A model generated the notes under the pieces. It saw nothing but the letters and a program-made list of their open reading frames with translations. It was not told the origin of the DNA and made no database searches. DNA of 64,000 nt from Chiloscyllium plagiosum (Eukaryota), in contig NC_057710.1 in assembly GCF_004010195.1 (NCBI RefSeq), forward strand, positions 60,048,153-60,112,152, written 5' to 3'. Below are positions 39,722 to 49,639 of the stretch, in pieces (the first letter of the stretch is position 1; the number at the start of each line of letters is the position of its first letter). A program made the translations under genes and the position numbers.

Positions 39722-39930
39722 GCTGGAAATGTGTTGCTGGAAAAGCGCAGGTCAGGCAGCATCCAGGGAACAGGAGAATCGACGTTTCGGGCATAAGCCC
39801 TTCTTCAGGAAGGGCTTATGCCCGAAACGTCGATTCTCCTGTTCCCTGGATGCTGCCTGACCTGCTGAGCTTTTCCAGCAACACATTTCCAGCTCTGATC
39901 TCCAGCATCTGCAGACCTCACTTTCTCCTC
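39722..39930. mobile_element. Fold-back Penelope-derived short element
   Basis: Near-perfect inverted arms with an intact hammerhead core on the minus strand. 14-bp TSD AATCAATTTTCTAA (39708-39721 / 39931-39944). Confidence 0.88.
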
Positions 39931-40199
39931 AATCAATTTTCTAACCCAGAGCCAAAGAGCCACAACCTAAAATACGTTGCTTGTCCAGTGGTGATCAGTA
40001 ACTAAAGAAATTGGAAGAGAAACTTAAAGCTTTCATGCTTGCATGGCTCATCTACTGAGTCAGTAAGCAAGTCTACAATGATTCATATTTCATCCTCTTC
40101 CAAGTTATAATGGAAGCATTAAACTTTTGTTTGGGCAAAATTGTAAAAGTAAAACTTTTGAAATACACTCACTGACCAACAGCAGCCATTAAATGACCA

Positions 40200-40815
40200 T
40201 CTGCAACAGAGGATCTAACCATTACCCCTTGACATTCAATTACTTTACCATCAACAAAATCCCGATCATGATCATCCTGGGGTTTACTATTGACCAGTAA
40301 CTAAACTAGGCTAGCCATAAAAATATCACGGTTACAAGATAGGACAGTAGCTGGGAACACTCATCATGCGACTCCTTAAAACCTGCCCAGCATCTAAAAG
40401 GCACATATCAGGAGTGGAATACACCTCACTTGCAGGTCCAACAACCTAAGAGGCCCACTTGACAGGCATCACATTCACAAACATGCATTCCCTCAACTCC
40501 AAAGATGCACTGCAGAAATACATTAATGTTCCCTAATCAAAACCTTCCAAATGCATGACCTCTGCCACCTAGAGGGGCAAAGGCAGCAGATACACATAAA
40601 CACTATCATCTGCAAGTTTCTCTCCAAGCCACACTCAATCCTGACAGAAAACTACATTGCAATATCTTCAGTGATGTTCAATCAAAATCCTGAAACTTCC
40701 TCCCTAATGTTATTATGGGTTGATGTTCAACAAATGGACCCCAGTGGTTCAAGGTGGCAGCTCACCACATTCTCCAGGGCATTTAGGGATCAGCAATAAT
40801 TGCTCACCCAGCCAG
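40200..40815 (+). mobile_element. 3' portion of the 17424-type LINE
   Basis: Colinear with ~19790-20200 (ILGFTIDQ..., GGCAGCTCACCAC, TAGGGA..GCAATA). Similar pieces at ~37150-37650 (+) and ~29210-29500, 32350-32900, 53740-54450, 55780-56180 (-). Confidence 0.65.
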
Positions 40816-41304
40816 CAAAGTTCAGAGTGTAGTGCTGGAAAAGCACAGCACATCAGGCAGCATCCGAGGAGCACGATAAGGGCTTATGCCTGAAATGTTG
40901 ATTCTCCTGCTCTTCGGATGCTGCCTGACCAGCTGTGCTTTTCCAGCACCACACTCTTGACTCTGATCTCCAGCATTTGATTTTCAAACTAAAATTTTGG
41001 AACCATAAATAACTACTGTCAGTAAGAGGTTCACATCGTATTCAGAAAAGAAAAAATGGAAAAGCACAGTCAGGTGATTCAAGCTCGGGTTAGTCTATTT
41101 TTCTTGTCCACGGAAAAGGAAATGTACAGAGAAAAAGACAAAAGTGTGAGAATGAAAAAGAGAATTAAAGACCTAATGAAAATGATATTATGAGATTATA
41201 AAGATTCAGCTACTTACTTTCAAGTACTTTGAGCAAAAGCAAAATGGCAGAAATAAACTTGATTATGTTTTGATGTGAATTTCCAATGATTATCTCATTT
41301 GAGA

Positions 41305-42592
41305 AACACAGAAAATAAGAACAGGAGTAGGCTATTTAGCCATTTGTACCTATTCAATGATTCAAATAATCTTACCCTGTTCCCACTTTTTTCCCATACC
41401 CTTTGATCCTTTTCGCTACAAGGACAATATCTAACTGCTTCTTCAAAACATTCAATATTTTGGCTTCAATGGCTTTCTAGGGCAGAGAATTCCACAGGCT
41501 CACCACTCAGTGAAGAAATTTCTTATCTCTGCCAAATGGCCCACCCTGTATCCTTAGACCTTGACCATGGTTTGGTGGGGGCGGGGGAGTCACCCCAGTC
41601 ACTGGGAACATCTTTCCTGCATTTACCATGTCAAGTCCTGGTAAAAATTGTATAGGTTTCTCTGAGATTCTGTCTTATTCTCTTGAAATCAAGTGAATAT
41701 AGTCCTGGTTGAGAGTGTATTGCTGGAAAAGAACAGGTCAGGCTGCATCTGAGGAGCAGGAGGGAAAAAAAAAATCAACGTTTTTCAGGCCAGAGCCCTT
41801 CATCAGGAATATGATGAATCCCTGAATATAGTCCTAACCAATCTAGTCTGGTAAACATTCGTCATGCTCCTTCTATAGGCAGAACATCTGTCCTCAGGTA
41901 AGGAGACAAATTGCATTCAATATTCCAGCTGTTTTCACCAAGGCCCGAAACAATGCAGCAAGACATCCGAACTCCTGTACTCAAAACCTATGATAAAGGG
42001 CAACATACCATTTGCCTTCTTCTCTGCCTGCTGCACCTGCACCCTTGTAGCAATTGGTGTACAAGGATACCCAGGCATCATTGCACCTCCCCCTTTCCCA
42101 ATCAATCACCATTCCTTTTTATTGCTACAAGTGAAAACCCTCACACTCATCCACATGACACTTCATCTGCCATGCATTTGTTCACTGACTTAACTCATCC
42201 AAATTGAAGAATCTCTGCATCCTCCCCACAGTTCACATCTCAATCAGCTTTCTCACATCTGCATTCTTGGAGATATTACATTTAGCTCCCTATTCTAATT
42301 TACAAATGTAAAATTATGAACTGCTGTGGTCCAAACACTGAACCCTCTAGTCCACCACTGATTGCTGGCTTCCACTCAAAATGACCCATTTATTCCTACT
42401 GTTTCCTGTCTGCCAGCAGTTCTCTACCCACATCAATACACTATCCCTAATACCCATGCACTTCAAATTTTACATGTTAATTTCACATGTGGGTCCTTAC
42501 CAAAAACCTTCTGAAAATCAAAATAAAACACATCCACAAGTTCCCTTTTCTATGATTTACATCCCTCAAAATTTCAATAGATTTGTTGAGCA
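41305..42592 (-). mobile_element. CR1 LINE (resumes at ~48715-48944, 49524-49635 and ~52700-52860)
   Basis: Reverse-strand RT motifs. The continuation after the Rex insertion reads DWKAANVTTLFKK...GNYRQV...QHGF. Confidence 0.75.
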
Positions 42593-43683
42593 AAGTCAGA
42601 CAACCCGGACCTACACAGAAAATATGACCTCTGCAAAGCCATCAGGGATAGCAAGAAGCAGTACAAGACCAGGTTAGTGGCCCAAACCAACCATACAGAC
42701 TCCCAATGCCTGTGGCAACACCTGAACAACATTATGGGATACAAGATAGCAGACAAAGACACGTCTCTCCCTACTGCTTTCTATGCTTCGTTCAAAGAGA
42801 ATGCCAGCAGCAAGTCATCACCTGCCTCAACAGCCCCACTGCAGATGTCAGATTGGTCTTCCTAGGGGTCAGAAAAGCCAAGGGAAGCGATGGGCCCAGA
42901 CAGAATCCTCAGCCGAGCACTCAGATCCTGTGCGGACCAACTGGCGGAGGTGTTCACCAACATCTTCATCCTCTCCTTCCTACAAGCCAAAGTCTTCACC
43001 TGCTTCGAGAAGATCATCATCATCCCAATACCTAAGAAAGCTCATGTAACATGCTTTAATGACTACTGTCCAGTGGTTCTGACCTCCATAATCATGAGCT
43101 TAGACAGGCTGGTCATGGTCCACACCAACTCTAATCTCCAGGCCTGCTTCAATCCCCTGCAATTTGCATACTTTTGTAACAGGTCCACAGCTGATGCCAT
43201 ATCCCTAGCCCTGCACTAATCCCTGGAACATCTGGACAACAAAGACACCTTTGTCAAACTCCTAATCATTGACTACAGTTCTGCCATCAACACCGTTACC
43301 CCCTCCAGACATCTCAAACTTCCGTGACGTAGGTCTCAGCTCCATCCTCTACTAATGGATCCTTAGCAGTCTGACCAAAGATGGCAATCAGTGAAGACAG
43401 GGAACTGCACTTCTTCCACAATAACACAAGACTGGACCACCCACAGGGATGCTTTCTCAGCCCATTACTGTACTTCCTATACACCCAATTCCGAATGAAC
43501 GCCATCTGCAAGTTTGCTGATGACACCATCATGGCGGTTGGATATCAAATAACAATGAGTCAGAATACAGAAGGAGATAGAGAGCTTTGTGATGTGGTGC
43601 AATGAGGCCAACTCCTCTCTCAATGTTGGCAAAATTTAAGAACTGATCATTGACTTCAGAAAGAAAAGAGGATAATATGTCAC

Positions 43684-44219
43684 TGTCATCCTTTCCCTAG
43701 CTCAATCGAAGCAAAACGCTCAGAGACACAGTATAGTTTTACCTCCATCTTTATTCTGGGCCCTGGAGGGAGAGCGAACGATTGCCCACGTGCACAGAGA
43801 CATGAGTTCACTGTCTTCTCTGAAACAGCAGTTTCTCAATGAACTATATAGTCATTTTACAGGAAGGAGCATCCACATAAGGCAACATACTTATTAACTG
43901 GGTGACTGTTACAATCAACGGGCATCAACAGTAAAGATTAAGCCATCTGCTGTTACACAAATGAATGTTCTTAGCCTTGCTAACTGGCTTCATATGATGA
44001 ATACTTTTGACATTACACAATGGATGCTACCTCATCTTATTAAATACCTCTACATACTGAATACGTTTCCACCTTGTTAACCCATTACCCTTGCCTCCAG
44101 GAACCCATTGTTAACTCTTAAGTTCTTCTCTGATCTTAGTCATGCTTAGCTGAACCTCTTGTTTCACAAAACTCAGAACTTAACTCTTTCCCGACCTACT
44201 TATACCCCATACACATTCA
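43684..44219 (-). repeat. 3' LTR of the RBPMS2-carrying element
   Basis: Colinear with 46474-47033. On the minus strand it starts TGAATGTG and contains AATAAA (43750-43755) and a TATATA-like box. Confidence 0.85.
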
Positions 44220-44232
44220 TTCCCTTCTTTTA
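44220..44232 (-). promoter_or_regulatory. Polypurine tract
   Basis: Minus strand AAAAGAAGGGAA immediately precedes the TG of the 3' LTR. Confidence 0.75.
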
Positions 44233-44551
44233 TCATTTCATGATAACCACGGAGATGGCACTACCAGTTTTCACAAGACTCTTTGACAGCCAGTGGCTAA
44301 ACAAGTTACTGACACACAGCATTCAATGATTATAACAACAAAAATTACTAGCCTGTTTCAGTAATTAGAATTTGAAGAATCTTCCCAAGTGGAAAAAAAA
44401 TTCACCAGTAAATGTCTTAAATCCACAGTCCTTAGTGACCACTCCCTCCAAGTCGTGTGGGAACAAACCAGTTTTCTAAAACCAAATTTCAGTCTATCCT
44501 TCTGCATCACTCCACTGAGAAACCTGATTTCTTAGATAAGGGCAGTCAAAC

Positions 44552-44831
44552 ACTTCACAAAACCGACAAGACTTCCATCCTTCTGGAAATGCTTTGGATG
44601 GAGGATATCAGCGCATCCAGCTGCAGCTGGATAGGTGAACGCAGCATTCTTTGCTGCATCTGCTCCTGCTCTGCTGTTAAATATAACAAAGCCAACTGGC
44701 TGCTGTGATGTTGGCTTGATCAGTGAACTTTCACATCTCTTAAATGATTGAAAGGCAAGGTAAAGCTCACGTAGTTTAAGGTCCAGAGGAAGGCCACTGA
44801 CAAAAAGCGTACTGACCTCTTCACTTTTCAT
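44552..44831 (-). pseudogene. RBPMS2: Processed, internally deleted RBPMS2-like (RRM protein) retrocopy inside the LTR element
   Basis: [60 protein letters not shown] matches the RBPMS-family RRM. It jumps to AFTYPAAA, then in a shifted frame reads [19 protein letters not shown], matching the RBPMS2 C-terminus. No introns. Confidence 0.88.
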
Positions 44832-46452
44832 GCTTACGACTGGGGAGCTGATTGGATTAGGTTGTGGAAAGGTGGGTGGTGGCCCAAAGGCATGCTTTAC
44901 CTGTGAATGGAGAAACTCTGAAGAAGATGTTAACTGCTAAAAGTATCTTTGCATTTCCTCTCTCATCCCTTCCTTGCCCAAGTGCTTATCAGTACGAAGA
45001 CAGTCACACATTTAACTATACTAAACTGTGTCTGCCTATTTCAGCATTCTCAGAACAGCAAGAAAACACCAAAATGTTTCATGTGCTTAAACAATTAGTT
45101 TCAGTTCAGATTTAAATCTCAAACATTCTTGGGAAACAAATGCTGAATATTTTAAAATATGTTCTCCAAATGAAACTTCTCAAATAAAACAATTGGAATT
45201 ACAGTGGCAACTTTGGTAGAGATCAACATTGCTTGAATTTGCAATATGAAGGTGGCCAATGATGTCTTAACAATAATTAACAGAATTTCAGCAGCTCAAT
45301 CTCAAGTTCTAATATTCTCTAGAAAATCTTAACAAAACATCAAACTAAAAATGCACTCTTCTTTTTGTGAACATTCTGCATTAAAAACACAGCAAAGACA
45401 TTGTAATACAAAATTCTCATCTGGCTAAAGCAGGACCACTGACCCAACTGTTGTTTTTTCAACAGGGGGTATTGTTGAATTTCAAACAAATCAGGGCTAA
45501 GGCACTCGGTTTACTTTAAGGTAACAAGTTTGTTAATTTTAAAAATGTACAATTTCCATGAGAAACAAAATCTGCCCGACAACACAGTCCAAAAAACACA
45601 TTGAATTGAAATGCTGATTCAAACAAGGCAAAACAGTTACTGAAGGATTTTCTGAACCTTATTTTAACAAGCCAAAATTTTTAAACATCAAACTTTCAAC
45701 ATGGCACAATTTACATTGAAACTTTCCTTTTTCAAACGAAGTATTAGTACAACCTTAATTTCAATGCTTTCTCTTTTTTGCATCCTCTCACTGAAATTAC
45801 ACTTAAGAAAAGAGAAAGACCTCGCAGCGGACCACATGGCACCACAACCCAAGCCACTCTCTTCCCCCGGTACAAAGACTCACAGAGCCTCAAATTTCGC
45901 CACTCGGGGATTTAAATGCCTTTCTCACTTTACTCCTCACAGGGGCTTTAATCCCACAAACACACAAGCTCGAACCCCAAATAAACACAGAAAGCTCGAA
46001 CCCCAAATAAACACACAAAGCTCGAACCTCACTTAAATACACAAAGCTCAGCACAGTGCGGAGGACTTGAACCTCAAATCAACCCACCCAGTAGACTTGA
46101 ACCACAGTACCGTGCAGATGACTCGAACCTCAACCAAACCCACCCCAGGGAACTTGAATCCCTGTACCGCACAAAGGGCTTGAATCTCAATCACACACCT
46201 CTCCCCCCCCCCCCCAATGCAACGCAGAGGACTTGAACCTCTGCCTGCCCGCGCTCTCATGAAACGGTCTCTCTCAAGTGACCTAATTAATGTTCGAGGA
46301 ATCTGTGGAATAGACAGCAATCAAGCAAGGGACCATCTCCAGCACACAGGAATATCAAGAGGGACCAAGGTTTAAACTCTTACCTTGTGAGCCCGTCTGT
46401 CTTGAGATACTGGGCGGTTGCTGACACTATCCGATCGTAAGTATCCATTTGG

Positions 46453-46470
46453 ATCCTATAGACTGTGCCA
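46453..46470 (-). promoter_or_regulatory. Primer binding site, tRNA-Ser-like (degenerate)
   Basis: Minus strand TGGCACAGTCTATAGGAT. Matches the vertebrate tRNA-Ser 3' end (ATCCTGCCGACTACGCCA, recalled) at 13 of 18 positions. Located directly inside the 5' LTR. Confidence 0.65.
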
Positions 46471-46473
46471 ATA

Positions 46474-47033
46474 TGGTTGCCCCATTCTCGCCCCCCCCCC
46501 CCCCCCCCCCAAGCAAAATGCTCGGAGGTACAGTATACTTTTACTTCCTTCAACTTTACTATGCGCCCTGGAGGGAGACAGAACAATCACCTATTTGCAC
46601 AGACAGGAGTTCACTGTCTTCTCTGGAACAGCTGCTTCTCAATGAACTATATAGTCATTTTACAGGAGGGGCATCCAGATAAGGCAACACACATATAGAT
46701 TCGGTGACCATTACAATCAGCTAGTGTCAATAGTAAAAGATTAAGCCATCTGCTGTTACACAATGAATGTTCTTAACCTTGCTAACCGGCTTCACATAAT
46801 GAATACTTTTCACCTTGTTAATTGACGTTACATACGGAATGCTACCTCATCCTCTTAAATGGCTCTATATAATGACTGCTTTTCCATCTTGTTAACCCAT
46901 TACCCTTGCTTCCAGCACCCCATTGTTAACTGTACATTCTTATCTGATCCAATTCATGCTCAGCTGAATCTCGTTTCACAAAACTCAGAGCTTAACTCTT
47001 TCCCTGTCTGCTTATACCCTATACACATTCTCA
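46474..47033 (-). repeat. 5' LTR of the RBPMS2-carrying element
   Basis: Colinear with 43684-44219. Starts TGAGAATGTG on the minus strand, has a C-run near 46491-46510, and is followed by the PBS after a 3-nt spacer. Confidence 0.85.
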
Positions 47034-47371
47034 CCACCATCTACATCAACAGTGCGGAGGTTGAGATGGTGGACAGTGACAAGTTCCTAGGAGTGATCAT
47101 AACCGATAACCTGTCCTGGATGTCCCACGTATATATGATGGTCAAGGCAGCACAACAATGCCTCTTCTTCTTCAGGCAACTTAGGAAACTTGGCATGTCC
47201 ATAAGGACGCTCACCAACTTTTACAGATGCACCATTGAAAGCAGACTGTCTGGGTGCATAACAGCTTGGAATGGTAATTATTCTGCCCAGAACCATAAGA
47301 AACTACAGAAGGTTGAGAGCACAGCACAGACCATCACAGAAGCCTTCCATCCATGGTCTCCATTTATACAG

Positions 47372-47490
47372 GGAGCAAGTGAGGACTGCAGATGCTGGAG
47401 ATCAGAGCTGAAAATGTGTTGCTGGAAAAGCACAGCAGGTCAGGCAGCATCCAAGATGCAGGAGAATCGACGTTTCGGGCATGAGCCCTT
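47372..47490 (-). mobile_element. Single-arm Penelope-derived insertion
   Basis: 14-bp TSD CTCCA(T/C)TTATACAG (47358-47371 / 47491-47504). Truncated within the hammerhead. Confidence 0.8.
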
Positions 47491-47566
47491 CTCCACTTAT
47501 ACAGCCCATTACCACGGGAAGGCTGCCAACATCAAAGATCCATCACACCCCAACAATATTTTCCTA

Positions 47567-48274
47567 TGTTATGAAGATGTGGGTGTATTGTACCTATGAG
47601 GGAATTAAAAGCAAAGCAGAACCACCTGACATAGCACCAAGTGTTCTGAACAAGATATAATGTAACTTTTGGCCGAACAACTCTACCAGCTGGTTGCCTG
47701 GAGACAACAAAACAAATTTGCATTAGGTCAATCAGTTTAAATTATACCCTGAAAAATACCAAACTCCAATCAAGTTTGAATTTAGTACATTGACAATATT
47801 AAAAGCCAATTACATAATTCGATGCTTTGGGAGTATAAGACCAGGGAAAATTGAACAGTTGGGAAAACTGCCAAGTCACCAGCGTCTGCAGACTGATCAG
47901 AGAATAGCTCTCTTAAAAGGTACCTTTATCGATCAGTAACCTGTGAAACAGAAATCCCTAAGAAGAATAAGACAGAGGCGATGGAAGAGAAAATTCGACA
48001 TCTGGCTGGTTTTGAAAATTTGAACTTTTGGTAAACCTTAATCAGGGGTTTTATTGGACTAGTATTATAAAAAGGGAAAGTAAAAGATAGGTTAGAGGAA
48101 GGAGCTGTAAATAGTTGTTAGTTAATTAATCTCTGTTATACTATAAGAAATAAAGTTGTTCATTTTTACTTTAAATACTTCTTAGCCTCTTGAATTTTCA
48201 GAGCATCCTGCACTCTATAAATCTTTGTGTTGCTGATTTAAATCAAGCAGGAGTGTTTACCCAGTGTTTTAACA
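47567..48274 (+). mobile_element. Solo LTR, family B (708 bp)
   Basis: TGTTA...TAACA termini, perfect 4-bp TSD CCTA, TATAA at ~47835 and AATAAA at ~48149. Confidence 0.88.
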
Positions 48275-48324
48275 CCTACAACCTCTTTTGTCACGCAAAA
48301 GATACAGAAGCTTCAACACATGTA

Positions 48325-48576
48325 TCAACAGGGTCAGGAACAGCTTCTTCCCAGCCATTATTAGACTGATGAATGGACTCTCTACCTTAAAATAATGCTG
48401 ATCTTGCTAATGTTGATCTTGCCTAGCATACACCCTGTACGATGTAACTTGTCAACAGGGTCAGGAACAGCTTCTTCCCAGCCATTATTAGACTGATGAA
48501 TGGACTCTACCTTAAAATAATGCTGATCTTGCTAATGTTGATCTTGCCTAGCATACACCCTGTACGATGTAACTTG
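48325..48576 (+). repeat. Tandem duplication of ~126 bp
   Basis: 48325-48451 and 48452-48576 are identical apart from one CT dinucleotide. Confidence 0.92.
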
Positions 48577-48944
48577 TATGCCTTTGTCTAGTTTTTTTCA
48601 CCCTATGGTCTGTATGTTCTTACTTACTATGATCTGCCTGTACTGTTTGTAAACAAAGCTTTTCACTGTAATTGGGTACATGTGACAGAAAATAAGATCA
48701 AATAAATTAATCAAACCAAATCCATGCTGACACTGTCCAATCCTGTCACTGTTTTCCAAGTGGTCTGCTATTAAATCTTTGAGAATGGTGTCTTGTATTT
48801 TCCACACTATCTTTGTTAGGATAACCTGTCTATAATTCCCTGCTTTCTTTCTAACTTTTTTAAATAGTGTGGTTACATTAGCTGCTTTCCAATCCACAAG
48901 AACTGTTTCAGAGTCTGTAGAAGTTACTTCCTTTAGTACTCTGG

Positions 48945-49523
48945 TGTGATATTAAAGAGTTAACTTGCTCAGCTGATCTGCAGGAAATTGGATATCCTGA
49001 AACTAGGATGGGATGCTTCTGACTTGCAGATAAATTGTAAGAAATTACATTATCATCTCCTATTGTTCAGAAGCATTTACATGGCCATTTTCTTGCAATT
49101 AAAAAGCGTACTTACATTTTCATTCCCTACTAAGAAATCAATAGGAGTATTATACTTGGAATTCTGACTACTCCCTGTAGTTTAAAAATATATAATTCAC
49201 ACCAGATCTGAACATTAAGGGATGATTTTGCACTATATTGTTTCTGGAGGCGAGATGGTCACTGCATTGTGTTTTGAGGTGACTGAGGGTGACTGGGGGT
49301 TGTCTTGTGGGCATTACTGACTGCGATTTAAAAGATTTTGTATAAAGGAAGGACTGTTTCCTTTATACAAAAAGATACGCTTCGCAACCATAGTGAAGAG
49401 TGTTCAGGGTTTCTCCACAGCTTTTACTATAACGTGCTTAATAACATTTGGTTGTTGTTGACATAAGTTGGCAAATTGCAGTTGCATCAAGTGTGAGAGA
49501 ATGTCAGGAAAAAGAACTTAATA
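48945..49523 (+). mobile_element. Solo LTR, family A
   Basis: 4-bp TSD CTGG, a TGTGATATT start and TATAAA at ~49341. Colinear with 37961-38542. Confidence 0.82.
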
Positions 49524-49639
49524 CTGGGATGTAAATTCCCAAGCCTTGGGGATTTATAGGATTGAAGGCCAATCAATTCCCCCAACAAAAGTTTCTGATT
49601 AATATTGGTTTCCTTCAGTTCCTCTCACTTGACCATACA

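Larger units (their letters stand above)
43684..47033 (-). mobile_element. Non-autonomous LTR/ERV-like element carrying a captured host cDNA
   Basis: Two diverged ~540-560 bp direct repeats (43684-44219, ~46474-47033) with TG...CA ends and an imperfect 4-bp TSD (TCAC/CCAC). Has a PBS and PPT. Splits a Rex/Babar LINE that is contiguous across the insertion. Confidence 0.88.
42593..48714 (+). mobile_element. Rex1/Babar-type LINE, interrupted by three younger insertions
   Basis: GPDRI...CADQLAEVFTNIF, PIPKK...NDYCPV.LTS, PLQFAY, PQGCFLSPLLY, KFADDT, KFLGV and FYRCTIES motifs, with an (AATCA)-like tail. Confidence 0.88.

Noticed and set aside
44532..44831. Functional RBPMS/RBPMS2 gene nested in the intron
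   Set aside because: No introns, RRM end deleted, frameshift and W-to-stop in the C-terminal part, and enclosed by LTRs.
45900..46245. CRISPR-like repeat-spacer array
   Set aside because: Eukaryotic context, no cas genes, only a ~7-nt conserved core, and spacers related to each other.
46859..47599. 246-aa ORF
   Set aside because: Chance read-through across antisense LTR, Rex/Babar RT C-terminus, a PLE arm and a solo LTR.
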